A DNA stretch of 64,000 bases. Source: Lama guanicoe (Eukaryota). A program made the translations under genes and the position numbers. Under the pieces are notes generated by a model. It did no database searches. It was not told where the DNA came from and saw nothing but the letters and a program-made list of their open reading frames with translations. Numbering within the stretch: the first letter of the stretch is position 1; every line of letters starts with the position of its first letter. This document shows, piece after piece, positions 13,117 through 25,700 of this stretch. Where the stretch lies: positions 510,524 to 574,523 of the forward strand of contig MU053873.1 in assembly GCA_013239625.1 (NCBI GenBank). Reading direction: 5' to 3'.

Positions 13117-13227
13117 GTCTTCAGCAACATCCTCCAGCACTGTGGTTTGCAAGGAGACGGGGCCAGTGCCACACCCCAGAAGCTGGAGGAGCGGGGCCGG
13201 CTGACCCCCTGCGACATGCCCCTCCTG
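13117..13227 (+). CDS. ASCC2: ASCC2 coding exon 6 (VFSNILQHCGLQGDGASATPQKLEERGRLTPCDMPLL)
   Basis: CAG acceptor, GTGAGG donor; 111 nt, phase 0-0. Confidence 0.95.
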
Positions 13228-14278
13228 GTGAGGTTGCCCTTCAATTCAACCCAGCTTCTATCTGTACATAGAAGGCCCGGCAGCTTCTTCCCCTGCTCCC
13301 AGTCCCTTGGTCCCTTAGGGTTAGGGCATTTCAGCGGGCCTTCATTTTTCTCTGGGAGCTGCTTTTAGGGAATAGGGGAAGGAACTGGGGACCAGAAGTC
13401 AGAGGACAGAGATGTAATCTTCACTTACTTCAACCAGACAAGTTCACTGCTGGATTATTCACTGAGCCCCATCCATCCATTCATTCCTCCATTCAGCCAC
13501 TTTGCACTGAGGAGCCCTGGGCTGGGCCATGAGGGTGAAGCCACCAGTAAAAGCAGATGGGGTGCCTGCTCCCATGGAACTTCGAGTCTAATGGGGAGGA
13601 CAGGCGGGAGGGAAATATTTCAGGAGCCTGGACACATGTCAGGCCCTGTGTTAAGCACCTGGGATAGAGCAGGAACAAGGCAGCTCCTAGAGCTTGCGAT
13701 GTCATGGGAAAAGAGCCATTAAACAAGTGTTTCAGGAGGGCACACCTAGTGCTGTGGGAACAAGGCCCTTTACCCCTCCAAACCACAGATAAATTCCCTT
13801 ATCTGTAAAGGGGAGATCCCGGTGGCTGCCCAGCCTCCTTTTTAGAGTCATCATAAGAATCAGGGAAGAGAAAATGCTCCCTGTTCTGTATACACCCTTC
13901 AAAATCTATCAGAAGTGTGGGCTGGGTATTCTTGTCCTGACTGGAATGTCCATTCTGTGCGGGAACTCAGGCGCCGTCTGCAGATTCAGGGGTGGGTTCT
14001 CCTTTAGCTCAGAAGAGAGAATCATATTCTCCCAGAGCCAGAGGTCCACCCTGGACACCCCAGCGTATGCGTCCTCTGGAGCTGCAGTAGCAAGACCCGA
14101 AGTGTAGGCTGAGCTGCCCAGATCGTATTTCTGGAGACGGACCAGCCAGGCTTTGCCCGGGACCTCCAGTGTCCACCTTTCTGTCCACCTGGGGACTCCA
14201 GGCTTTGTCAACTTTGCCTCCTTTGTCTCAGACCCTCCGCAGAGCGGAGGAGAATGACACGTTTTCTTTTGGCAACAG

Positions 14279-14391
14279 GAGTTAAAGGACATTGTGCTCT
14301 ACCTTTGTGACACCTGCACCACACTCTGGGCCTTTCTGGATGTCTTCCCTTTGGCTTGCCAGACCTTCCAGAAACACGACTTCTGTTACAG
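14279..14391 (+). CDS. ASCC2: ASCC2 coding exon 7 (ELKDIVLYLCDTCTTLWAFLDVFPLACQTFQKHDFCY)
   Basis: CAG acceptor, GTACAG donor; 113 nt, phase 0-2. Confidence 0.95.
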
Positions 14392-16149
14392 GTACAGCGG
14401 TACTTCTGGCTGTTGAAGTAGCTCATATCCTCATTCAGCAAATATTTGCTGGGTGCTGAGAATGTGCCAGGCCCTCTCCCAGCCTGGGGACAAAGCAGTA
14501 AAGACAGATTTCAGCTCCTGCTGGGGTGGAGCCTGCATTTGAGAGGTGCCCCTATTTGGGGCTAAGAACAGGGTAGAGGAGGAAGAAAGACACCGACCAA
14601 GAGTCAGGCAGTTTGAGTTCTGTCCATTTTGATTCAAAGCCTCCATCACAGGCAGGCACAGGGAGGGGTAGACGACATGGAGTGGGCTGAGGACTCGAGC
14701 ACCCAGTACAGGGAAGAGCACATGCAGGGGAGCGAGCAGATGTGCACCTGCCTGTAATGGGGCCAGCCATTGTGCATGTTACGAACACAGACAAGGGAGC
14801 AAGATTCTGTCTGATGAAATAAGAGTGAAGGTTTCAGGGTGACCTTTAAATGAGATCGTAAGGATGAACAGCAACTATCCAGACAGAGAAATGTTGCCGT
14901 GGCAGGAAGGGCATTCAGGCAGGCAGGGTGAAGCCTGCCAAGGCCCAGAGTGTGTTCTGGGGAGAATCAGGGAGTGAGGGTGACATGAGTGGCGGGTGTA
15001 GGCATGCGGAGACCAGGCGGTGGGATAAGGAGCAGGTGACAATAAGAGATGGCCCCAGGGAAGTCAGATTTGTGTTTGATGCCATGCTGACAGGGAGTAG
15101 GGCCTTTATTCTGTAGCCGGGGGAGGGGGAGCTCCTGGAGGCTATTATCCAAAAAAGGCATAGAAAGATTGTGCTGCGATGAAGAAGGAAATAGAGGGGG
15201 ATAAGGGGCAGTGAGGGAGACCTTCTTTGCCCACTTAGCACCATGGGCATCTCTGTTCCTTGTGCAGTGAGAAAGGGATGCGCAGGCGTGGGCTGGTAAC
15301 CTGGCACATTGCCTGGCAACGGCGGGGGCTGGCCTGTTCTCAGGGGCCTCTGACTGCCCTTGCCAGGCGTCTCTCCCCACCGTTCGCCGGAGCTTCCAGG
15401 AACTGCCCAGCTCCGTCCACCCAGCCCTCTGTCAATTCGGTCATTTGCTCTCCCATTCAACAAAACATTTATCTGACATGTGCCAGAGCTGGCAGCTGGT
15501 GCCCCAAGTCCTTCTGCTTCTCCTCAGCTCATAAAAATCAGACATGGGCGTTGATCAGCCTCACGGAGAATGTAAAGTGTTGATCAACACTTTCCCCAGA
15601 AGAAAGGGGTTAGGATGGGACTCTAACTGTCACATGTTTTAAAAGGTATCTTTTCTCCCAGTAAATGTGACACAGGCTTGTAGGAAATTTGGGAAACTCC
15701 CAAGGTAGGAAATTCAGATGTCTACGAGAGATCGTGCTGTTCTTAGACTTTCGTAAGACTGCTTGTTTTCACTCACCATAACATGACAGCGTCTCCCCAA
15801 ACGTGGCACAGATGGCTTTGGAAAGAATCTTTGGAGGTGGGAGGGTCATTTCTGGAAGAGCTGACTTTCCTGCGAGGCACCAGTGGAAGCAGGGAGCAGC
15901 CCCACCCGTCTCAGGGTGAGGAAGGAGAAAGGAAAACACTTTCGACTGCAAGTGACCCTGCCTTTGGCAAGTGACACTGCCTCTGACCCACAAAGAGCCT
16001 GGGGCTGGCCCAGCCTGTTCCAAGTGTGCTGGAGGCCAGGAACGCCCACTGAGCAAAGGCAGCAACCTCGTCCCACAGAGCTCTGGGCAAGGGGTGACGG
16101 TCACCAGACAGCCCTTTAGCTAATCTCTCTGCCTTCCTCTCTTTCTGCC

Positions 16150-16780
16150 CTTTCATTTCATGAACGAATAGTACATTCACATGGTTCAAAACTCAAAGAG
16201 TGTAAAATACACAGTGAAAAACCTCCCTCTCCCACTTCCCCAGTTCTGTTCCTCACACACAACCATTGTGTTTGTTTTTTGTGGGGATTTTCCAAGAGAT
16301 TCGCATATAAATATGTGCCCATAAGCATACTATATATTTCCTGCCCTCTTTTTAGTATTTAATACTGGCATCTTATGAGTGCTATGTGTACTATTTGCAT
16401 CTTACCTCTAAATGTAATGTGTATCTGAGCATAAAGCACCTTCAGTCTTTGGTCTGGCTGGGTAGAATTCCATTGTGTGGAATACCAGACCCCAGAGATA
16501 GACATCTGAGTTTTTTCCAGTTGTTTGCTATCACAAAAAAGAAAAAAAGCCATAAAGAATAACTTTGCACACACATCATTTTGCACCTTTACAAGCATAT
16601 CTGAGGAATAAATTCCTAGAAGTAGAAATTCAGGAACAGATGGTGTGTGCATTTAAAATGTTCATGGATCTCGCCAGATCACCCTCCATAGGGGTTGTTT
16701 GCATTTAGCCTCCCGCCAGCAGTGTATCCTGGCAACGCCTGAGTCTGTTGGAGCCAAACTGCCCTCTGTCTTCTTCCGGG
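16150..16780 (-). mobile_element. Old L1ME-like 3' fragment
   Basis: TTCCATTGTGTGGA...GACATCTGAGTT...AAATTCCTAGAAGTAGAA pattern. Confidence 0.7.
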
Positions 16781-17553
16781 GGCCATGCTGTCTTTTGGCC
16801 TACTTACCCTCTGCTGTGTACAGCACCGCACTAGGGAAAAGTTGCCGGAAGCCAGCCAATCGACAGACACATGTTTACAGAGTCCCTGCTACACGTCCAG
16901 CACTGGCCTGGGCACAGGAGCTGCACTTCTGGCTTCGGGAATTTTCAGCTGTTCAGAGGTAGAATTTTAAGTTGTGAGAACGGCGTATTCTGAGCCCTGT
17001 GCCTCTTGTTCCGGGCAGGAGTAATCACACGGGTGAGTGTGATCAGAAAGTGTGTGGCCAGGATGGAGAGTTTAGATCTGAGTTGAGGCGGGTGGTGGTG
17101 AGGTTGCTGAGGCGAGAAGCAAGGTTGACCCTGCTGTGCCAGGTATGGATGTACCAGAGAGAGGAGTTACAGTTTGATATCACAGGCAGTAGGGAGCTGC
17201 TGGCAGTTTTTGAGGGAAAAAAAAAAGTAACCTTGTGTTTGTTTTTCAAACCTCAGTGAGTTCTGGGTGGCCCTTCACTGCTCTGTTAGAATGAGCCCAT
17301 TTGGACCTTGATTTCCGACCTGACGGGGGAAGTAGCTACAGGTCACTTTCCACGAGGCCCTTCCTGGGACCACCACAGTGGGACCATCTGGGGCGAGCGG
17401 GAAGAGCCAGGGTGGTCCTGGGAGAAAACTGTTGTGGCAACAACTTGAGAGCCAGAAGTGGGCCTTCCCGCTCCCTTGAGTTTGCTTTGATTCTTCAGTG
17501 AAAGGTGATGTTTGTGAACTAATCCAGCCTTTTCCCCGTGTGTGCCACCACAG

Positions 17554-17628
17554 GCTAGCTTCCTTTTACGAAATCGCAATTCCTGAACTGGAATCTGCAA
17601 TTAAGAAGAGGAGGCTTGAAGATAGCAA
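17554..17628 (+). CDS. ASCC2: ASCC2 coding exon 8 (LASFYEIAIPELESAIKKRRLEDS)
   Basis: CAG acceptor, GTGAGG donor; 75 nt, phase 2-2. Confidence 0.95.
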
Positions 17629-18055
17629 GTGAGGCGGGGACAAAACTGAGAGTGTTGTTGTGGGAGGAGAAGCCCCACTCAGGCCCTGCCCTCCCTGGGC
17701 TGCAGTGTCCCCATCTCTAAGTCAAGGGGGTGGGACTAAGGACCTTGTGGATTTGGCTGGTGTGTCCCTACCTAGCAGCCTCTTGGCCTCTGCACCTAAG
17801 ACTTTCCCCCTCAGCTGTCGCTCCAAGCTCTTATTAACCTGCTGGGACCTGACCCTTTATATGAGCTGAGAAGTGACCCTGGAACCAGGCCTCTCAGAGT
17901 CTGTGTCCTTTTCCACCTGCTGTCCGGAGTGAACTGGGAGGCCTTCTCAGCCCCTGGGAGGGTTGGGGCAGGGCAGACCTGCAAAGGCTGGGAAAAAGCT
18001 CCCTCAGTGCCTTTTTGCCTCTCAAATCTATTTTCCCCTCCTCTGGCCTTCAAAG

Positions 18056-18163
18056 GCTGCTAGGTGACCTGTGGCAGAGGCTCTCCCATTCCAGGAAGAA
18101 GCTACTGGAGATTTTTCACATCCTCTTGAACCAGATCTGCCTTCTCCCAGTCCTGGAAAGCAG
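18056..18163 (+). CDS. ASCC2: ASCC2 coding exon 9 (LLGDLWQRLSHSRKKLLEIFHILLNQICLLPVLES)
   Basis: AAG acceptor, GTCAGC donor; 108 nt, phase 2-2. Confidence 0.95.
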
Positions 18164-18345
18164 GTCAGCCCTCGGGAGCCACCGCCTGGGTGGAAGAGCC
18201 TTCCCTCACTTCACCTGCTCCCTCCCCTGCTCCGGGTTGCTGAGCAAAGATGGAAAACCAAGAAAAATGCCTCCTTCCTCTGGCTGGGGCTGGCCAGAGG
18301 CCTGGTGGGGGGGTGGGGGGGTGGCGGACCTGCGTCCTGTTCCAG

Positions 18346-18414
18346 CTGTGACAACATTCAGGGCTTCATCGAAGAGTTCCTTCAGATCTTCAGCTCTTTG
18401 CTACAGGAGAAGAG
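18346..18414 (+). CDS. ASCC2: ASCC2 coding exon 10 (CDNIQGFIEEFLQIFSSLLQEK)
   Basis: CAG acceptor, GTGAGC donor; 69 nt, phase 2-2. Confidence 0.95.
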
Positions 18415-18653
18415 GTGAGCGTGCAGCTGAGCTGGGACCTGCAGTGGGATGGGCCGTGGCTCTCTCACCGGCCCCACGAGGCCTTATGTAATAGAGCCCC
18501 TGCCCTGTGTTCACTGTGCTGTTAGCTTCTGGCATTTGTCGGGGCCATGCCGTCTTTGTGGGTGGGCAGCAGACACGGGGAGTGGCCTGCAGCAAACCAG
18601 CCCCTATGGCCCCAGCCCTGTCCACCCCCGACCCTGTCTCCTGTCTGTGGCAG

Positions 18654-18728
18654 GTTCCTCCGGGACTACGATGCACTCTTCCCTGTGGCCGATGATGTCA
18701 GCCTGCTGCAGCAGGCCTCGTCAGTCTT
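18654..18728 (+). CDS. ASCC2: ASCC2 coding exon 11 (FLRDYDALFPVADDVSLLQQASSV)
   Basis: CAG acceptor; followed by U12-type donor GTATCCTT at 18729; 75 nt, phase 2-2. Confidence 0.95.
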
Positions 18729-20092
18729 GTATCCTTCTGCCACGGCCCCTGGGGCGGGCCTGGCCTAACCGGGCCAGACCCAGAGGAGCAGAGAGGCAGT
18801 TAGCCCCAGAACATGTGGTCAGCCAGCTTTCCCTAGATGTCTGCCAAGGCCCCAGCCTCTGTTTCTGGAGAAGATGACTGCTCCAATCCTCAGGCAGACC
18901 AGTCCTACTTTCTCTAGTCTTTGCTGAGGATCTGGGCCTGTGTGACCAAGATGGACTCAGCCCTGCCCTCGTGGACCTCACAGCAGGACAGGAGACAGAA
19001 AAGTAAACAGGCAGTTAGATAGAGTGTTGTGTGGGAGAAATTCGGGGGAGCAGGGAGGACAAGGGGAGGCATCTAGCCCAGTGGAGCTTGGGTGAGTGTG
19101 TCACACAGAGGTGAAGTCCAAGTTGAGAACAGCAGAAGGAACAGGAAGTGGCCAGGCCTGAGCTAAGTGTTCCCAGGGGACAGAGGACAGAGCAGGCGTG
19201 TCTGAGGAGTCCACAGAGGTTGTGTGCAGATTGCAGGGGCCTGAGGGGAAGGGGTCTGGTGGAAGGGGAGTTAGGCCATGCAGATGAGCTGAAGGCAAGC
19301 AGATCTATATCGCCTGGAATGGCCCTCACTGAGAAGTTTGGGGTCAGCCCTGCAGGCACTTGGGAGCCGTGGAAGGGTGTGAAGCAGAGGGTAACACGGT
19401 CACTTTCGTACTTTAGGAAAACTCAGTCCCACACAGGAAGGAGCAGGGACTGGCCTGGGACCTCCGTGAGACCCAGGGGCCATGAGGACACTGTTTTTGG
19501 CCTCCAGCATGGTTAATGGGGTTTGTATTAGAAGTGGAGTGAGGGAGTCTAGGGCAACTCCCAGACGTCTGGCTTGGCCATGCCCTGGGTAGTAGAGACG
19601 GAGGAGGGACCAGGAGGAGTGGGCCCAAGGGTGGATTTTGGTGGCTGGGGTAGGTTGCTCAGTCCTGCCTCAGGGACACCCTGTGGGCCCCCAGCCTTTG
19701 CAGAAGCCCGCCACTGGTTGGACAGGAATCCCAGTGGTAGTGCCCCCACCAGGTCCTCCTCCTGGGGGTCAGTGCAGAGGAGGAGCTGCTGGCTCGTCCA
19801 AACCCCATGTCCTGGGACACTGTGGTGCCAGCCCCTGGCCCTGTCTTTAGGCGGAGCTGCTTTCTGCTAAGGGGCAGGTACTGGGTTCTGAGGCTAGTGT
19901 GGCCATGGTCTGGCCTGTATCCTCATGCAGCCCAGGTGCCTGTGATGCCCACTGGGTGCAGCCCAGACAGCCCCTGGCAGAAGCCATACGGTCAGATGCT
20001 GGGGAACGACTGAGAAATGATGCTGCCTCAGAGTTGGGGAGGAGAGAGGGCTACGGTCCCTGGGAGAGAGGCTCCTTAACACGTCCTCGCAG
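18729..20092 (+). other. ASCC2: U12-type (minor spliceosome) GT-AG intron of ASCC2
   Basis: 5' site GTATCCTTC; branch motif TCCTTAAC at 20073-20080, ending 12 nt before the 3' junction; no extended pyrimidine tract. The splice restores the frame (TT+G = Leu, then DETRTAY). Confidence 0.93.
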
Positions 20093-20270
20093 GGATGAAA
20101 CGCGGACTGCCTACATCCTCCAGGCGGTTGAGAGTGCATGGGAAGGGGTGGACCGAAGGAAAGCTACCGATGCCAAAGACTCACCAGCAGCTAAGAATCC
20201 TAATGGGGTCATGGAGATGGCAGAGCCAGCTGGTGGGACGTCATCACTTCCTAACTCGGAGGAAGAGGAG
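20093..20270 (+). CDS. ASCC2: ASCC2 coding exon 12 (DETRTAYILQAVESAWEGVDRRKATDAK...NSEEEE)
   Basis: CAG acceptor after the U12 branch site, GTGTGT donor; 178 nt, phase 2-0. Confidence 0.94.
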
Positions 20271-21620
20271 GTGTGTGCCAGGAGCCCCATTTCCCCTGCC
20301 CCTCCTGGCCCCTCTGAGAGGCAGGGGCAGCGGGAAACCTCCCGTCTTTGTTCCTGCTCTCAGGGAAAAGGGTTTTTTTTGACGGCCTTGAGCTGCTGGG
20401 CAGGTCTGCACTGCTCTCGAGGGTTCTGCACTGACAGCGTGCTGGGCAGGGTGTGAGGAAAGCAGGTTGCTTAGGTGTCAAAGCCTCCATTTCCCCTCCA
20501 CGAAAAGAAGCAATGGGGCTCTTTCCATGTGAAATCACTGGCGCTCTCCTCTAAACAGATCACAGTGGAGCTTCTTTGGTTGCAGCTTGGAGCAGTGCCT
20601 GGTCCCAGCACTCGGCTCCCCAGAAGCCCCTCTGTGGGCTCCACTGAGCCAGAGTGGAAACCTCTGACCTAGTGCTTTCACTCCAGGCTTTTCCAGAACT
20701 CACCATCGCCAAGTCTGTGGCTGTACTGATTGGCCACGGAGCCCAGGATTCTTCCCTGCTTGTCGGGAAGCAACATGACATGGGGATTAAGACCGCACAG
20801 TTTCTGGGGTCAGGCAGCTCGGGCGTGTGTATTGGATCTGCCACCCACCAGCTGTGTCACCTTAGGCATGTCCCTCACCGGTAAGGTGGGGGTAGTCGCT
20901 GTCCCCACCTCCATGTGGTTGTGGGATGCCCAGAGCTGCCACATGGAGCGAGCGCTCTGAGCCTAGCTGGCCCTCCATGCTGCTGTTCTTCCTCTTAGAC
21001 CCACAGGGCCCTGGCATGTGACAGCCCCTTCCACCTTTGCCCCCTTTTCCCCTTGTGGCTTCTTATCTCAGACTTGGAATTTATTGGTTTTTTGATCTGT
21101 GAATTTCTTTAAATGAAAAAGCAGTATATAAACTGAATCCCTCTTATTGAAAAGATGACAAAAGGCAGCATCTCCACATGGTCTATGTCTGGTGGTTGCC
21201 ATTCCTCTTGGGCGTCAGTCATCAACTTGTCAGAGCGGGAAAAGGATCTGATTCCTAGAAGCCACGGCTGTTTATGGAGCGCCTAGTCCATGCCGGGGAC
21301 TGTGCTCCGTGCTTTATGTGCATTTTCTCTTTGAACCATTGGAAACAACCCCATGAGGAGGATGGTAGTATTCTCGTTTTATAAGGAGGGACCTGAGGAT
21401 CAGAGAGGGAAAGTGCCTTGCCCAAAGTCACACAGCCAGAAGTAGCTCAGCCCCCTTTTTCACAGGGGAGGAAATGGAGGCTCAGAGAGACTTAACTGAC
21501 TTGGCTAGGGTTCCTCAGCCAGTAGGGGCAGGGCTAGGGCTCAAACCAGTGCTGTTGGAGGTCTGTCGGCCTGCCACTCTGGCCTATTCTTCCCCTCCTT
21601 CACTCTGGCTCTACCCGCAG

Positions 21621-21835
21621 TGCATGGGGGCAGCCGCTGCCCCGGGCCCTGCCATGTGCGGCGTGGAGCTGGACTCACTCATCTCCCAAGTGAAGGACCT
21701 ACTGCCAGACCTCGGCGAGGGCTTCATCCTGGCCTGCCTGGAGCACTACAGCTATGACCCGGAGCAGGTCATCAACAACATCCTGGAGGGGCGGCTGGCC
21801 CCTGCCCTCAGCCAGCTGGACCGCAGCCTGGACAG
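21621..21835 (+). CDS. ASCC2: ASCC2 coding exon 13, CUE ubiquitin-binding domain (ELDSLISQVKDLLPDLGEGFILACLEHYSYDPEQVINNILE)
   Basis: CAG acceptor, GTGAGA donor; 215 nt, phase 0-2; CUE-domain sequence recognisable. Confidence 0.97.
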
Positions 21836-22653
21836 GTGAGAGAGACGGGTGGGAGGAGGCGCCTGGCTCTCTGCTGGCCTTGGGGCCCTTGTCAGGGACC
21901 CTTCCTAGTCGCTCTGCCTCCCACTCTCCTGTCCCTCGTGTCCCAGGGACCAGCTTGTTTTCTCTTCCCCCCATCAGTATCTCCCAGCCATGGAAGCTAA
22001 TGTCCTCTTTGGGGAAACAAACCTCAGGCCCCCAGGAGGCTCTCACATGCCCCCTGCAGGGCAGAGAGCAGGCACCACCGGACATCACAGGGATGTGACA
22101 GAGGGGTCATAGGCCTTCAGAGCTCTGAAGTCGCTGGCCTACCCTGTGATTGCCACCTTCCCAGTAGATTCCTGAGGGAGGACAGCCAAAGCTTCTCACT
22201 TCATTGACACCCACCCTTCCTGGGTTGGGCCCACTTCTTTTCTGAAGGCCTCCAGGGGGGCAGCAGAAGTGAGTGCATGAATGGCTGTTTCTTCCATGAA
22301 GAAATGATGTTTATTGAACGAATGAATGAAGTTAGCTCTGCATTTGGACAAGTTCCTTAGCCTCTGTGTGCCCATTTTACAGATGAGGACACTGAGGCAC
22401 AAAGAACTTGAATGACCTCTGACTGTCTATCTCATAGGGCTGTTGTGAGCATCAAATGAGGGAGGGAGACTTTCAAAAACAGAAACAAAACCTGTGTGAC
22501 TGGCTGGTGGGACCGTGGGCCACTGGGTGTGGGGTGGCTGCACGCCCAGGCAGGGGCCAGATTGGGCAGGTTTTTAGGCTGTGTTCCAGGTGGGGTGCAG
22601 GTAGGCATCCACTGGCCAGGCCCCCTGCAATGGATTTCTGTGCCGCCCCCCAG

Positions 22654-22773
22654 GCAGGTGAAGCCGGACCCAACGCCCCTGCTGACGTCTCGTCACAACG
22701 TCTTCCAGAATGACGAGTTTGACGTGTTCAGCAGGGACTCAGTGGACCTGAGCCGGGTGCACAAGGGGAAGAG
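22654..22773 (+). CDS. ASCC2: ASCC2 coding exon 14 (QVKPDPTPLLTSRHNVFQNDEFDVFSRDSVDLSRVHKGK)
   Basis: CAG acceptor, GTGAGT donor; 120 nt, phase 2-2. Confidence 0.95.
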
Positions 22774-25700
22774 GTGAGTGCAGTGGGGCTGGAGGGCTCC
22801 AGGGACCCACGCCTGCAAGTGCAGAGAGAAAGCGAGAGAAATTCAAGGCCCCCATCTTTATGGAACTGGCCACGGAGCTTCAGCTCGGGGCTCTCCCTGC
22901 AGCTGGGACCTATGTGCTCCCAACAACCAGTCTCAGGCTGGCTCTCTCCTGATCCTGCTTTAGGCTCTAACTCCACACATGGAGGTTGTTAGTTCTTCTT
23001 GTTGACAGGATAAGGCCAGAGGGACCAAAACCAGCCCCTCGTCACTTCTTACATCTTTAAAGGCTTCCATCACCGAAACTCTGGATGGGAGAGCTGGGCA
23101 GTGCTTCCCAGCAGCTGCTTCTTGACCTGAATTTCTCTGCTATGTGACAGGATGAGAAAATGAAGGACCTGTACTGAGTGAGCTTTTCAGAAGTGAACAT
23201 ATTCTGTTTTAAGGCCTTTCTACTTATTTTTAGTTTATGTCCTTCTTACTTTTCTGGCATTGAAAAGTCCATTCGTGATTTATTCATTTATTCAACAAAT
23301 ATTTGCCTGGTGCCTCTAGGCCCTGGATTTATTAGGTGCTGGGGATGTGGTGGGGAGTGAAACAGACATGGCCCCTGCCCATGTGAAGTCTGCACTAATC
23401 AACTTGGCAAACAAGCAGCATAAAACTGCAGATAAAACAGATTCGACGAGGTGGCGGTGCACAGGCTTTGAAGCCTCTAGTCGGGGCTTCCATCCAGGGA
23501 GAAGGGCTCCTCGGAGAAAATGACATGGGACTGTTTGTAGGAGGTCAGGGAAGGGTCGGTTCTGTAAAGGGAGAAGGAGACGCTTTCCAAGCAGAGTGAA
23601 TAGCAGGGGCATTGGCCCCAAGGCCTCGGGGAGCATGGCGAGGGTCCCCAGCCAACACATTTTGTGTTTTGGAAAGCACATCTGGCTTTGGAATGGAAGC
23701 CCCCTGAGAGTCACCAGCCATGGTGGAGAGGATGAGACACTGACAGCCCTCTGTTCGTCCCCCAGAGTTCTCCTGAGTGGGGTTGGTTCGTGGAATTCAG
23801 AAATCTGGGAACTGCTGGGCAAGTGCAGACTATCCTTTAGGCCATGAAGTTCAGAGAGGGGAGGGGACCTGCCCCATTCTTGTGAAAGGAGCCCCAGTAG
23901 CAGAAGCACAAGCTGTTTCCCCTTCCCAGGGCCACCCAGTGCTGGAAGTGCGGCTGGCTGAGGGCTTGGGGACCAACCCAGGGCAACCGTAAAGCCATCT
24001 GGCTGGCTGGACGGGAAGCATTTGCAAACTGCTTAGTCATACACATTGCGACATCCCCGGATCCCAGGCTGGAGATGTTATCCCGTATCAGTGGCCGCTG
24101 TTCCAGGCCAGAATGACCCTGCTGTGGGGAGAGGGGCAGACAAAGAGGGCTGTACCCCTGCTCGAAGGGCGCGCCAGGCTGCCTGGCAGAGAGACTGGGT
24201 AGCAAATGTTTACTGAACTCGTGCTGTGTGGCCCAAGGGTTGGGGATTGCAAAGAGGCAAAGCCTCTGTTCGTGTGTTCGTTATTTATTGATTCATTCAG
24301 CAAATATTTATTAAGCGATTTGCTATCACCAGATTTGCCATCCTCTGCTAGAGACCAGGGAGACAAGGTGAGCAGGGCACCTGAGCCTCGCCCTCCAATG
24401 GCACAGAGACCATGGGAAAGACTTAGACCCATTAAACAGTGACAGAGCTGGGATGGGACATAGAGGGACCTCAGTGGGGACACTTGTCCTGATCTGGGCA
24501 GGGTGGAGGGACTCAGGGCCCTTAGCCCTGCCTTCACAGAGCACATGAGAAATTAAGTAGCACAAGGCAGATCACCCTTGAGTTAAAACATATGACTGTT
24601 GTTAAACCAGATTGGATGCAGTCAGGGGCTCAAGTAACAAGGAACTCTGTTCCCTTGGGTGATAGGGAGTCACCAGGTAGGGCAGCCTGGGCTTGACTGA
24701 CCTGTGGTACAGCCACATCATGAGATCTTTTCCATCTGGGAACTGGCTCCATCAAGGCCGCTGGGTGGCTGCAGCTGTTTCAGCTGTGACCTCCAGAAAT
24801 GACCAGGAGACTTTTCCCAGAGGCCTCCAGATTCCCCTCACATCTCACTGGGGAACTGGGTCCCAGGGCTGAGGTCCAGGGTTCCAGGAGAAGGGAGAAG
24901 GGGAGGAAGACCTGAACAGAGTGAGGGTCTGTTAGGAGTAAGGGTGAGGCTTTCCCTGAAAGGGTGGTTGTTGGGTAGACGCTAAGCACATGTGCTACAG
25001 ATACACAGCTAGATGAAGGCAGTGTGTTTAAGGTGGGGTCCCCCGACTCCTGTGAACTGAACAGTGGTACCCTGGGAGATAATGTGTTCTCTCTCAAAAC
25101 GGTTCTATTGCCAAAAATGTCTGTGTACTGTGTGTGCCCTTTGGAGAGCTACAGGGCACATCAGCATGTTAAAGGCTCTGATAAGTCCTGTAGTAAAACA
25201 AATAGGATCCATCCCACTGAGCTTAGCAGGTGCAAGGTCCACTTCTACTCATCTTCTAATTTCATCCTCACATCACCCCTGGGAGGCAGAACCATGTCTT
25301 GGCAAGGATGAGGGGATTCCTACAATCACACAGCTCAGAAGTAGCTGAGCAGACGTGAGTTAGAGCCCTGTGTTCTGACCCTGGCTCTGCTGGTCAAAGC
25401 TGGGTGACCTTGGGAAGATTACTCTGCCTCTCTGGATCCCCTGAGTCCTCACGTGGAAAAGGAGAGGTTTATTTGCCTCTGCAGGCCCTGTAGAAGTTTA
25501 AAGGTGGGTGTCACCCAACTAAGGGCCAGTTTGAGTTGGGCTTTGAAGGAGAGGCTGGAGGTAGTGAGGCAGGGAAAGGTGGCCAGGCCTCAGGAGAGCC
25601 CGCATGTTCCCTGGGCTTACTGCCGTCTTGTAGGAGGTCGAGCAAGCAGCCTGTTCCAAAGACAGTCTCCAAAGCTGCTTGACTGACGTTCTGGTCCCTC

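Noticed and set aside
22651..22657. Tandem acceptor CAGGCAG at ASCC2 coding exon 14
   Set aside because: The second AG is 4 nt downstream and would shift the frame; only the first keeps the ASCC2 frame, and nothing indicates use of the second.
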